The notes beneath the pieces were generated by a model that worked only from the letters and a program-made list of their open reading frames with translations, searched no databases and was not told the DNA's origin. DNA of 64,000 bases from Felis catus (taxonomy: Eukaryota). Below, piece after piece: positions 12,952 through 25,560 of the stretch (its first letter is position 1; every line of letters begins with the position of its first letter). The stretch is taken from positions 55,862,001-55,926,000 of the forward strand of contig NC_058370.1 of the NCBI RefSeq assembly GCF_018350175.1, in the 5' to 3' direction. A program made the translations under genes and the position numbers.

Positions 12952-13166
12952 GGGGCGCCTGGGTGGCTCAGTCGGTTGAGCGTCCGACTTCAGCTCAGGT
13001 CACGATCTCGCGGTCCGTGAGTTCGAGCCCCGCGTGGGGCTCTGGGCTGATGGCTCAGAGCCTGGAGCCTGCTTCCGATTCTGTGTCTCCCTCTCTCTCT
13101 GCCCCTCCCCCGTTCATGCTCTGTCTCTCTCTGTCTCAAAAATAAATAAAACGTTAAAAAAAATTT
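12952..13166 (+). mobile_element. Can-SINE (felid)
   Basis: Near-consensus body; TSD AAAAAAAAAGTTGG. Confidence 0.97.
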
Positions 13167-13228
13167 AAAAAAAAAGTTGGTTCCTTTTATGATAATAAAA
13201 AAGAGATAACTTAAAAAAGAAACGTCGC

Positions 13229-13442
13229 GGGGTGCCCGGGTGGCCCGGTCGGTTAAGCATCCGACTCTTGATTTCCACTCAGGTTGCGATCTCACGGTTC
13301 GTGAGATCGAGCCCCGCGTCGGGCTCTGCGCTGAGCATGAAATCTGCTTGGGATTCTCTTTCTCCCTCCCTCTCTCTCTCTATTTCTCTGTGTGCCCTCC
13401 CCCCCCATCTTAAAATAAATAAATAAGCATTAAAAACAACAA
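13229..13442 (+). mobile_element. Can-SINE (older)
   Basis: GGGGTGCCCGGGTGGCC head; TSD AAAAAAGAAA(C/T)GTC. Confidence 0.93.
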
Positions 13443-14319
13443 AAAAAAGAAATGTCTTCTTAGCATGGCTCACCGCTTTACAAAGGAACAGGACACACGG
13501 GGCCCCCTGCTGTCACATGGGTCGCTCTTGCTCTGTTCTGCTCTTCCTGTTCCCTCTGCTTCCCTCATCTTCTCGTCCCGCCCCCCCCCCCCCCAAGGCT
13601 GTTGGCGATGGGAGGTTTGGCCCGGACTTGGTGATATTTGGTTCATGTTTGCATGTTTGCTTTAGTACCTCTCTGCTAAATGAGTCTCCTACCACTATCG
13701 ACCAGCTACCTTCATTGCCAACACATCCCCACGTCGTGGCGGGAGGGGTCTAGGCAGGGCCGAAGGACTTGCTGCTTCTCCTGGCCTTCCCGGGGAAGCA
13801 TGGGTCCTCAAAGGGGAGACTCAGGGTCAGTCATTTATTTGCCTCAGGACGCTGTACCAATTTCTCCTAAGGAGGCAGAATGGGTGGTTTACCAAACTAA
13901 AATCAAGGAACCCAGCCAAACTCCCCACACAACTTCCCTTCAACAGCAGAGTATGTCCTGGGCATTCCTCCGGGTCATTAAGAACGCAGCTCTGACCACC
14001 GTGGGGCTGAGCACAGAGCCCACTCCGTAAATGTTGTTTACGGGCTGGTCCTTCCGAGTTCCACTGAATGGGGCTTTCATTCTAGGGAACGTTAGCAAAC
14101 TCTCTTAAATGGCAATGCAATCTTGAATGTTTTTTTTCCTAACTACGTCTACAGACACAGTGAAGAAACTTGGTGCACCGGTCTAATGCTCTTAAAGATG
14201 CGGAAGAAAAAAAATGTAATGATGCTTGAAACAGGCTAGCCTTCTCCGTTCCCCCATGACAGCATCAGGTGACCAAAGTCTTGGTTTTAGTGGCCAGGTC
14301 GATTGATATGCTAGATTGA

Positions 14320-15165
14320 TTATGTTCAACAGACATTTAGAGGGTGCCTAATGCACTCAAGGTTACCAGGCTAGGAGCTTCAGGGGATAAAAGAAGAATG
14401 AAACCTGGTCCTTGCCCTCCAGGAATTTACAGTATGGTGCCTATATATGAAGTGCGGTAGAAATTCTCTTCTCTTTGATTGTGACTCAGGAGAATAAACG
14501 TTTGGATTTCCCTTTATTAAATGGTTTTCTTTCGGTTGAGGTTTATTCTGAGCCCCACCTCGAGCATTTCAGCAACTTCCCAACTGCGCTACCCGTAACT
14601 TTTGGGCGAGGTTCTGTTTGTGCACTGATTTATTTATTTGCGTTCTCACTCAACAAATATTTACTTAATGCTCCTATGTGCCAAGGAGCTGTTTTAGGAG
14701 CGTAGAGATGTAGTGCCCGGACAAAACTTCAACACACGCACTAGGAATTAGCGAGGGCTATGAAGAGAAAGCAAGCAGAACGAGGGGGTCGCGAGGGTGA
14801 GGAGCTCTTCTGAGAAGGGGTGTGTCAGGAAGCCTTTCTGAGAAGTTGGCATTTGAATGAAGCCTTGCAAAAGTCTGGAGGATGCGCGTTAAGGGCAGAC
14901 GTCCCGGCAAGTACAAAGGCCTGAAGCAGAATGACGTGGGAGTGTCTGCAGAACAGTAAAAAGAGCAAAGTGGCTGAATCCAGGGTGTTAGGTAGGAGGC
15001 GAGGGCCGTGCCAGGGTCAGGCTCCGGAAAGGAGGGGACTTGTAGGCCAGGACGAGGCCTGTGGGCTACATTCCAAGTAAAGGAGTTTGAGCATAGCCTA
15101 TGACTGATCTGATCTTTGTTTAAAAAAAGATCACTCTGACTCTTCGGTGGAGAAGAGCCCGTAGA
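14320..15165 (-). mobile_element. L2 fragments (about 14320-14440 and 14630-15165)
   Basis: TCAACAAATATTTAC...CCTATGTGCCAAGG and CCTTGCCCTCCAGGAATTTACAGT are reverse L2 3' motifs. Confidence 0.7.
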
Positions 15166-15319
15166 ATAGTTTTTTTTTTTTTTTCAAAAAAGGAATAAAT
15201 ATCTACTCCATTATTTCAGTCCTTGGTCCAAATGGATTTGCACAAACGCGCTATTCTTCCCTAGTTTTGCTACCCGGCCAATAACTTGTCAATACGATGG
15301 CTATTATTAAAGAGCAATT

Positions 15320-15515
15320 TCTACCTGGAAGATTTGGCTCAACGTTGGGAAAAAGCGTGTAACAACTAAAGCTCCCCAACAATGAGCTCCTGTTCCTAGA
15401 AGTGTCCAAATAGAAGCTAGGTGACCTGCTGTCCGGGGCGTTGGTAGGAGTGATTCCTATCGTGCGCGGACACGAACTTGATGCATCTGAGAAATGCTAA
15501 TTCTTTGGACTCCTT
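15320..15515 (+). mobile_element. CR1/L3 3' fragment (highly diverged)
   Basis: GAGCTCCTGTTCCTAGAAGTGTCCAAATAGAAGCTAGGTGACC...GATTCCT resembles the L3 terminal segment. Confidence 0.55.
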
Positions 15516-17045
15516 TGCTTCCCAATAAATGACATAGATAGAACGGGATTCTAGGTTTAAGATACGGAGAGTCTCGTGGACATTATCCTGTGCTGCCCAC
15601 ATCCGTCATGCTGCTAGCTGGGCAGAACGGTGCTCAACTGTCAGCCTCTCCTGAAGTCTCCTTGGCTGGAGAGTGCTGCTTTGTCCCAGGTCACGCCTCT
15701 TCTTGGGACATCCCTTATCATCGGTCAGCTGATGTAGAGGATAAAAAGCCTGACTGCCTTGCTCCATCTGGGGACAACTTTGAAGGGCTACTCTAGCTCC
15801 AGAGCTCCTGAGGTCAGCTGGGACTTTGTAGACACCTCAAGGCAGCCCAGCCTCTCTGTCTGCCTAGTCTGGCTTTATTCCCTTCCTTCCCACCTGTTGG
15901 TCCCTTTAGACCACTTCCCCCTCCTCCCCCCGCCCCCCGCCCAACACACACACACTATAAACTCTACCTCTGTGTCTGCTTCAGGGAACCCAGGTAGAGA
16001 GCATCATTGTGCAGGAAAGTAAAGTGGCTTAGATGTAGTTCAGGGCTCCTGCTTGCATTTTCAGCAGGTGCATTGTCACATAAGCCTTAAGGGAGCCTCA
16101 GGCCAGTGAGGGTCTCTCTCTCGCTCCGTATTCAGAGAGAGGACTGCTCTGAAATCTCCATGCATGCTCCAGGGAGAGACAAGGAGTGCACAGTGCTGGG
16201 TACATAGTGGTAGCTCAGCAAATATGCATTAAAATGTATATATTACAACCCCCAGCCATATGTGAACAGAGGGACACTGTGCTCTTATTGGGAAGGTTCT
16301 GTACACGACCCTCAAGGGCAGAGGGCATGCAGGAGCTAGTGACCAGCCAGCTCCTGAAGGCGAGTGGTGACCTCCGTGGTGTCTCAGTCTGAGAGGCTTC
16401 GTGGGAAAGAGGTAGAAGACCGTGGTTTCTGTTTGGTGGAAAAGGAAATAGAACATCATCACATGCTCTGGAAACTGCAAAGGATGCTGGGCCAGCCCCC
16501 AACGTTGATTGAGAAAACTGAGTAGCACTGAACGAGAAGTTCAGAAATCACTCAAGGATGGAAAAGTTTACTATCTCAAATGTTTTGAGCGAATGCTATC
16601 ATGTATAACTTCACCCCAAATCATTTTATACCTTCCTCTGATATCTGATTATTACTTGTAAGTCTCTTCCTGAAGCTTCAAGAATAATTTTTTTCTTTTT
16701 GCAAGGCTCTTTCATATGAATTGGCTTACTGGCATCAAAATGCTAGATGATAAATTTATCTACAATTCAGAAGCACATTAAATGTGATACGTACAAGCGT
16801 AGATTTCGCTGGAACCATGTCTGTATGTTACTGTATGCCTATCTGAGGGTAGGAGGCAAATTTTGTGGGCACCAACTCAAATTCTGTACATGCATCATGA
16901 AAAAACGAAAGCGTCCAGATAGGTTGTATTGAAAGGAATAAATACTTCACCCATTTCGTCACAGGGTTTTTGGTCAATGTTTATAACCTCCACCCTGCCC
17001 ACGGTCTGGGATGGTTCACTCTGACCAGCCTTAATTGCTTTTGCT

Positions 17046-17260
17046 GGAGGCAGTGCAATTCAGTGACCCGGGCTCGGGACAGCCATCCTGGGTCAGCAAC
17101 TGGCCCTCCGCTCTCCAGCTACGTGACCTCACCCTGGTCACTCATCCTGGTGGCTCACTGCCTCATCTATAAAATGGGAATGAATCCAATAATGCCTAAC
17201 TCGCAAGGTGGCTTTGAGATGTTAATGTACGTCAAACACTTGGAAGGGTGTGTGGCTCGA
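17046..17260 (+). mobile_element. MIR SINE
   Basis: CAGCTACGTGACCT...CCTCATCTATAAAATGGGAAT...AATAATGCCTAACTCGCAAGGT matches the MIR core. Confidence 0.8.
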
Positions 17261-17378
17261 GGAATCATTTATTTCATGCGTTTTCTCTCTCTTGGTTGTA
17301 AAATGGACACAAAATACTTAACTGTTTAGAGTGCAGGGGGAAATACTGGCCGAGTAATTAGAGTCCTCGGTGCCCAGT

Positions 17379-17442
17379 AGTATGAGCGGCTCTCTAAGCA
17401 GCTTAGGTATAGCTCCCATAAGCTTGTAGAGCCGCTCATACT
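17379..17442. repeat. Perfect 15-bp inverted repeat (hairpin)
   Basis: AGTATGAGCGGCTCT (17379-17393) is the exact reverse complement of AGAGCCGCTCATACT (17428-17442). Confidence 0.95.
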
Positions 17443-18879
17443 CGTTTTGGAAAAGGATATTGGAGATGAGGGGTGGCCTCTGTGACCATCTGTATTGTTG
17501 CGTCGCCTCCTCCAGCTGCCTGCAGCGCTTGGTTGAGGCTTTATTATTGCATCTGGATTTCAATGTTGACCGGTCTCTCCCACCCGTTGGATCATATCCA
17601 TGCTGTAAACAAGTCTTGCTTTGGAGTCAGTCAGACCTGGGTGGACCCAGGCTCCGAGAAAGCAGGGGGAGGGGGGTTATGCAGCTTCTTGTGGGGTCTG
17701 ATACTCTCTCTGTCTCACAGAGCAGGAAGGAAACTCAGCTAAGGCAGTGCCCTATACAGGACCCAGTAAAGGTGGCCTTCTCCCCTTGCTCCAGGGCGGT
17801 GATCTTATATCTGCAAAGAGAGATGCTTGGCGCCCCACAGGTGTTTCTTTCATGATTATGGAATCTGATTTTGTGCTAGTTATTTCCAGAGTCGGATCCG
17901 GTGTCTTTCAACATGATCAGGGGTTTCCAGTCTCCATTTCAATCATCTGTTCTGATCCAAAAGTCTCCCTTCCTTGAATAGCACAAACAACAAACAGACA
18001 AAGACAAAATATCAGAGGTAAGAGATTTGCTCATTTCAACAACCACAACATATTTAACCCATAGTGAGGTTCAGATTTCCTGACCTTAAGGACCTTATTT
18101 CTTCGTGCTGTGCAATGGGTACGTTGCTACTCAAATAGGATTCCGTGCAAAGTACTTTCTCCACGTTTGGGTTGTTTATTGCATTTTGTACATTTCATTT
18201 GAATCATGTCCTTTGAAAGCAGATGTATTAATTTTAACATCAGGAAAGAAACGATCTTGCAAAGATTCGATGTGCATGTCTACGAAGAGATACCATGATG
18301 GACTATATGGGAACTGGTCATTACAATAGCATCCAAGAGCAGTCAAGAAAATTTATAGCCATGGGCTAATTATCCTGTTCATGTTTTTATTTTTTTTCTC
18401 TCTTTCTTAAGTGTACATCACTGTGAAAATTCTGCCTCTAAGGCTAGATAGCATCTCATGTGAATCCTAAGTCAGAGATAGGATATATTTATTATGCTGG
18501 CCCTTCTTTTGTATCTCTAGACCAAGTGGAGTGGGTACAGATGCTCAGAATACTATACATTGCAAAGAAACAAAATCTAATATACAGCAATGTTATGTCC
18601 TGCTTCCATATTCTATAGGAGAGAAATGCCTAAATATGAAACCACACTTCATGCAATTTCTAAAGCTGCATTCACATCCCTCCCCCCTCCACACACACAC
18701 ACTTTTGGGGACTATTGTGCTGGTTTTCCAAGTAAATGGGGCCTTTACTCTACACTACAAAGAACGAAAGCTCTGGAAGGTTGTGTTCTGGACTTGCCGT
18801 CTCCTCTGTCAGGTCCAGTCCATTTCTTTCTTCCCTTTTCCAAGCTACAAAGCTACAACAATGTTTATATTCATATGAA

Positions 18880-19300
18880 GTATTTCAGCAATTCATAGCC
18901 AATTTATCAATGACCACGCAGCTGCAGGCACCACGGTCTAAAAAAATATACCAGCTCACTTGGTGTTTACATAGGCTCTGAAAGCCCCGAGTCGTGGCAA
19001 GGGGACCGAAGCCCCAGGAGTCATTAGAAAGGAACACTGGAGCCCTGGCCAGAGATGGCGGAGGGGTGTTTGCATTATAGCACAACACATCATTAAGGAC
19101 ACAATTGTTATTTAATGTGACACAATCATCTTTCTGCTCTTCATGAAATCCACTTAAGTAATTACCTTCTTAGCTCATTGGCTCTGTGAGCTGCCTGGCT
19201 AGAAAGGGTTATATATTTAAGGAAATATTAAAAACGGGCTCGTACAATTGCCCCCTTTAAATTGACTTTTACTTATTAACATATTCAAAACGAAGATTCC
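18880..19300. promoter_or_regulatory. Candidate conserved non-coding element (enhancer-like)
   Basis: Unique AT-rich DNA dense in TAAT/ATTA, ACAAT, TGACA and TGTTTAC motifs, with no recognisable repeat; conservation cannot be tested here. Confidence 0.35.
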
Positions 19301-19999
19301 CCCTCCCCGCCACCCCCCCCCCCCACCACCATTCTGCCCTCCCCCGCCAACCCTGAAAGAGTGCGAGAACTCCAAGGTAAATAAATGCTCTGGAGCATTA
19401 GCAGGATTTCAAGAGAATAAGAACACATTAGCCAAAGTGTCTTTTACTGTCAGCCATTCTTAAGAAAACAGCTGATACCTGCATATAATGCCTGGCTCTT
19501 TGTATTTTCACTTTGACATCTGTTTTAGCCAATCAATTTGTCATTGAAGCCAAAATCTGCTTGAAAATTTGCCTTGGCTTTCTCCTTTTAAGACAAGAAC
19601 ACATTTCTGAAGAAAAGATTCCTTTCCAAAGCTCAGTGCAGGCTCCCCAAGCTGTGTGGGTCTTAAGTGGCGTAGTTTTGAGGACTCGCTTTGAATAGTC
19701 TAGATATTAAGACGGATGATTTAAAGAATCCACAGAACTTATTTTCAGAGCACATTTACATGCCTTTCAAACAGATTTTTTTATTATGACGTGTCCAAGA
19801 TGAGCCTGCAGAGGTTTCGCATTATTTAAGAAGAGCCGTGCCGAAGTACAGAATTGAAAATTACTTGAAAACACACATCTGCATTTGAAACTTTAAGCTC
19901 GCTTTCAAAATACACTGTGCAATCCGTGTTTACTATAAATACAGCGAGGTAAGTCTGAAATACCTTTATCTTATTTGGTAGCTCTGTGTTTGAGCCTCT

Positions 20000-20371
20000 N
20001 NNNNNNNNNNNNNNNNNNNNNNNNNNNNNNNNNNNNNNNNNNNNNNNNNNNNNNNNNNNNNNNNNNNNNNNNNNNNNNNNNNNNNNNNNNNNNNNNNNNN
20101 NNNNNNNNNNNNNNNNNNNNNNNNNNNNNNNNNNNNNNNNNNNNNNNNNNNNNNNNNNNNNNNNNNNNNNNNNNNNNNNNNNNNNNNNNNNNNNNTGTGN
20201 NNNNNNNNNNNNNNNNNNNNNNNNNNNNNNNNNNNNNNNNNNNNNNNNNNNNNNNNNNNNNNNNNNNNNNNNNNNNNNNNNNNNNNNNNNNNNNNNNNNN
20301 NNNNNNNNNNNNNNNNNNNNNNNNNNNNNNNNNNNNNNNNNNNNNNNNNNNNNNNNNNNNNNNNNNNNNNN
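20000..20371. other. N-blocks 20000-20195 (196 nt) and 20200-20371 (172 nt) separated by a 4-nt island TGTG
   Basis: Directly visible. Confidence 0.99.
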
Positions 20372-22396
20372 GAGGAAGAGGAGAGAGCTCAAGCCTCCCT
20401 GAGCGCTGGAAACGTGTTATTCTGGTGTCCCCAAGAATACAGTCGCAAGGCTTAGGAGAATGACTTCTCCCTCCCGCCCCCTCCGCCGGCCCCTTTAATG
20501 AAGAAATACCTCTCTGCTGCTGAGGTCGCTCTGAGACCTGGGGACTGTCCCTGGGGATTAATAGATTTACATATGTATTTGTCTTTGCCACTCTGGTGCC
20601 TCTTACTGGGCATCAGCCTCTCGTGTTTTCTGGCAGACTAGCTCGGATTAAACGGGGCAGGGATCTCCTAGTGTTCTTGTCCCCTGCTCATTCTCTGACT
20701 GTTGGCCAGTAGAGTTCCAGAGGATAAAGGAGCTGTGGGGAAGGATTTGGCCCATGACCACACTGCCATCACATGGGGCGCTTGCAGAGAGGCTCCCATC
20801 AGCTGACTAACCAGTCCTCCTCTCCGTTCAGACTGCCAGAGGCTGAGAGATGGCTCCCGAGGGAGGTGCCCAGGGACTCAAGAGCCGGGGAAGAGCCCCA
20901 GGCGGCAGATGGGACTTCCCCTCCCCTCTCGACTGCTCGCCTCGCCTATCTGGCCGTCCCTTGAACTCGGGGACCGGACACGGGCAAGGATGATAGGCCA
21001 ACGCCAGTGGCAACGTTTAGGGCACCGAGCCCTGAGTGCCCGGCTCTGAATTCTTTCTCCGGGCTCCACACCCCACCCCAGGCTTCCCGCAGGATTTTCA
21101 AGTGTGTAAGGTACATGAAATCAACGGATCTTTCTGTTCTTCGGTGAAATCTGCCCAGGCCCAGAAAAAGATGAGGGTGGATTAATACAGTATATGCCTT
21201 ATAACCATTATAGTTACAAAGTGTATTAAAATTAAAGACTTCACATTGTGTTTGAAATAAAAATGAATATAGTGGCATTCTGCCAAGAGCCCCAGAAACC
21301 ACTCTTGTGTGGAATTGAAACATTTGGCTCATATAATACTTAATTTATTTTTATGAAATGACAAGTTATATAAATGTGTGTTTAAAACAGAGGGGCACAA
21401 CATTTTTTTTTTTTTTTTTTGGTAAGTTTCTTTGTATTCTGGCTTATATAGCTCCACACAGTTGAGACATATCTAAATAGAACAAAAAGCAATAAACTTT
21501 CCTGAAGTGTGTTTTTTTTTTTCAAGCTACACGTTCCCCCAAATATTTCAAAATGTACAGTTAGGTCGCCCAAGGAAAGGCTCACAGCACCTTCTTTGGG
21601 GAATGAATGGGAGTTTTAAAATGTATTGAGACGAAGTGTCGACATCAGGAAATATTTTGTAGAGCATTCAGGTTCCTTACCAGGCACTTTATTTTGCTTG
21701 GCTACTTTTAATTTTTTCCCCTACTTCTTCTCTTTGAAAATCCGACATTGTCCAAACCCTTTCGATTAAGAAGCTTGGCTGAATGAAAGCGCCGCGATGC
21801 TGTAGCGGTGCATCAATAAACAGGGGGCCCGCGAGGCTGGGCAGCACGCGGGGAAACAGGGTTGATCAGCAGTAATTACCCTGACACCTCATGCAATACA
21901 AGGAATTAACTCCTAGGACTTTGGGCCGAATGAAGAAGAAGTTGATGGTTCACGTTGTGAATGCATCGGTGCCTCAACCCATTACCAGTTTGAACGAAGA
22001 TGGGAATTTACCATACTTTTTGGGGGCGGCGGGGGCGAGGCTGGGAATGAGCGCTGTGCAGAAAATGAGAAAGTAACGCAGGATGCCGAAGCCACAGCAA
22101 TTTGGATTTTTATTAAGGCCTTTACCTTTGGATTCTATACCGTGTCTATAATACGTACACAAAAGAGGAGATCCATGGCAACCGTTGTCTTGAAAGGAGG
22201 GAGCCCGCCGTTTTAAAGAAGAGGTTAGTGTGTCACGAAATTAGGTGAAGGTATTCCAGGACAGACCTCAAGGAACGGAAGTGCTCGAAAACACAGAGCC
22301 AGGAGGGGAAGCACAGCTCAAAAGGCAACTAGTTAGCAGCTGGCACTATGACCTTTAACTGCATCCATGGTAACTGGGCTAAAGACGGAGTTTCCA

Positions 22397-22616
22397 NNNN
22401 NNNNNNNNNNNNNNNNNNNNNNNNNNNNNNNNNNNNNNNNNNNNNNNNNNNNNNNNNNNNNNNNNNNNNNNNNNNNNNNNNNNNNNNNNNNNNNNNNNNN
22501 NNNNNNNNNNNNNNNNNNNNNNNNNNNNNNNNNNNNNNNNNNNNNNNNNNNNNNNNNNNNNNNNNNNNNNNNNNNNNNNNNNNNNNNNNNNNNNNNNNNN
22601 NNNNNNNNNNNNNNNN
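22397..22616. other. N-block (220 nt)
   Basis: Directly visible. Confidence 0.99.
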
Positions 22617-23242
22617 TTTTCTGTGTACTTGCATATCCTAGCGCTCGAAGCCCATCATCTTTTAAGAACCGAATTTTAAAAAGCTGCTAGGCTATTAAAA
22701 ACAGTGGCACACCAGAAAGCTTATTGTGCACGAGAAATCTGAAGTTATGAATTCTAGACTTAATGACTATTACTGCCTCTTCTATTATTTTCCTTAATGA
22801 ATCTTATTATTTGTAAATGTATGCTTCCTTTTATGTGGCTCCAAGATACTTTGTGCTTTTTCCCTGACTGTGCACCGTACCTTCAGCTAGTCCAAAACAG
22901 CGCAAAAGAGACCCCCACTTTTTTGGTAACAGGGAGGAGGTTTATATTATAACTTTGCCTTCCTGGACATTCGGTCCGTAGTTCCTTAAGAATTAATGGC
23001 AACAGAGTTGTATTGTCACAGACCGTGCAACCTGCAAGGATCCATAGATCACGCTTGTTTGTTTTGAAGCCCCAGGAAAAAAACTGACGAAGGCAGCTGA
23101 CCACTAGTGGATGAGCTTTTGTATGCACCTGCCTTTCTGAACAAACACTGTTCATGAAACCGCTTTTAATGAAAACACACAGGTTCGTTCAGAAGATGAC
23201 CACTGAATCTGAATTGCTCAATGTAAGAAGCAACCAGGTTTA

Positions 23243-23453
23243 GGGGCGCCCTGGTGGCTCAGTCGGTTGAGCTTTGGACTTTGGCCCAAGTCACGATCTC
23301 GCGGTTTGTGAGTTCGAGCCCCGCATCGGGCTTGCTGCTGTCAGGGCAGAGCTTGCTTTGGATCCTCTGTCCCTCTCTTTCTGTGTTTCTCCCCAGCTCT
23401 CTCTCTCTCTCTCTCTCTCTCAAAAAAAAAAGATAAATAATAATAATAATAAA
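23243..23453 (+). mobile_element. Can-SINE
   Basis: SINE head and (CT)n body; TSD AAGAAGCA(A/G)CC(A/G)GGTTTA at 23225-23242 and 23454-23471. Confidence 0.95.
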
Positions 23454-25414
23454 AAGAAGCAGCCGGGTTTAAAGGTTTAAGTTCGGTTAACATATTATGT
23501 GAATTTTAACTCTGTGCCAGTTTCCTGTTCACATTCTCCCAATAATCCTTTTTACAAAACTTACCTTCAACACATTAAACTTCAGCGGTGTCAATGTGCT
23601 GCTTCTATCGAAAGGCTGCCAAGAATTATCCTTGAAACGTACCTTACTTGTTGCAACAAGGCATAGTCAAAGTTATAAAACTACATGTGTACCTGAAGAA
23701 AATGTAACTTATGGGACGTTTCCCCCCACTTCTTTCAAAATTTTCCTCAGGCGTTCTAAAATATCCCCCAACTTTCTTTTGCTCGAAATGGTTTTCTGAG
23801 CAAAGATGAGGGCTTAATAACTTTCCTTATCAGGAACAATAAATGTTTTTCTGAGGGCGCAATGCCACGCATCCTTTGTAAGAAAAAGCTTGAACTGTGC
23901 TGTTAACAGAAACGACTTGTTCTGGAAGCCATAAAGGTCAGGGAGAAGATAATTTGGGTGCTTCTTATCTTTTAAAACTGTGCCACTTTTATAAGTATTA
24001 GAAAGTTTTAGGAGGGTTGATAAAAAAAAAAAAGGAAAGACAAAAGAAGTAAGAACTTAGAGCCCTGAATAATCACACCTGTTTACTTGACTCATAAAAG
24101 GGCAGGATGTACCTCTATCAGTTTAATAAAAGATGTTCTATCAATTTAGACAATTATACCAAAGATTAAGAATGTCATGAAGCTGATGAGATCTCCTAGG
24201 TAACATTAAAAAATAATATGCTTTTAGATCACATCATCTATTAAATGACAACTGCCAATTTTTTTAAAGGAGTACTCAAAATTCTTTTCTTGAATGACAA
24301 TTTGAAGTTCAAATACTTTGTTCTCAACAGTTAACTTCATTGACATGACACTTCTCGACTAAGGAAACTTGGCAAATACGAGCTTCCGGCTTATCCAAGC
24401 AACAGCAGACCGCAGGATAGCACATCTTATGACCTCCCTGCATCTCCACTTAATGAAAGAACAACAAGAAATGTTTTGCTAGCGCATTACTCCGCTGAAA
24501 ATATCTGAATATGACTTACATTTAAATATTTGCTCTCCTCTCGACTTTATTTTATTGGCTCTGAACAATTGCCTTTCTTATCGTCAGCTTGGTAAAAATT
24601 ATTTCAAGCTTTAACAGAAAGATGCTATGGGACCATGAAAATGAGCCCACCATGACCTTGGTCAGACCCAGCTCTGCAGAGGGCAAATTGCGGGACCAGA
24701 GGCAAATGGTTTAACGCAGCTCTTCTGCGTGGCCCTTGCTTGTGCAGGGTGCATAACACTACTGGCTCCTTCCTGAGGACTGTTCTACAAATACCTGACA
24801 GCTACAGTGATCCTGAGAGGCCTTCAACATGGGTGCTAGGGAAACACAGAGGATCACTTACTCATCTTTAGACAATGGATTTGCCATAGTCTCGGTACCT
24901 GGATGGAAGGGTCCACCAGGCGTCTTAGCCTCTACCACATGGAGCCTCACCCCGGTAAGGTCCAGTGCTCCTGGGTTGGCCCCAACGACGCAGTGGAGGG
25001 CCTGAGTTCCATTGACCACCAGGCAGACTATCAGTCTGGAACTTGTACATTGGTGACAGGCTCTAGGGGCCAGGATCCAAGCAGAGATATCGTCTGCCAG
25101 TAGGATGTTCTCTTCTCTAAGGAACTCTGGCTGCCACTCACCCCAGCTTTGCATTATGCCTCCCTTGCCAAAAGCCTGCCTTCTGGTCCTCCTTTTCTAC
25201 CTCTAGCCTCACCTTCTGGATCTCATTCCCACTTTCATAATTTAACTCTCTGCCCCGCCAGGCAAAGCACCAAGTGCTTCTGGCTTGTGTGTGACAAGGG
25301 ATAAAAAGCACCCCGTCACTTTGCACTTTTCACCTCGTGGGTCCCCGGGACGTACCCCCTTGGCTATGTAGCAGAAGTGAAACTACCATTGTTATTCTCA
25401 GCAGCCTCTGCAGG

Positions 25415-25560
25415 AACAATGCTCATTTATCAGGCTCTTAGCCTGCGCGCGTCCTAAGCACTATCTCATTTAATCTTTACAGCAATTCTACGGGGAAGCC
25501 AATTCTGGGAGATTATAAGTAAATTATCAGAAGTGAGAGCGATAGTGGGTCATTTAGCTG
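25415..25560 (-). mobile_element. MIR fragment
   Basis: CTAAGCACTATCTCATTTAATCTTTACAGCAATTCTA matches the reverse MIR core. Confidence 0.6.
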
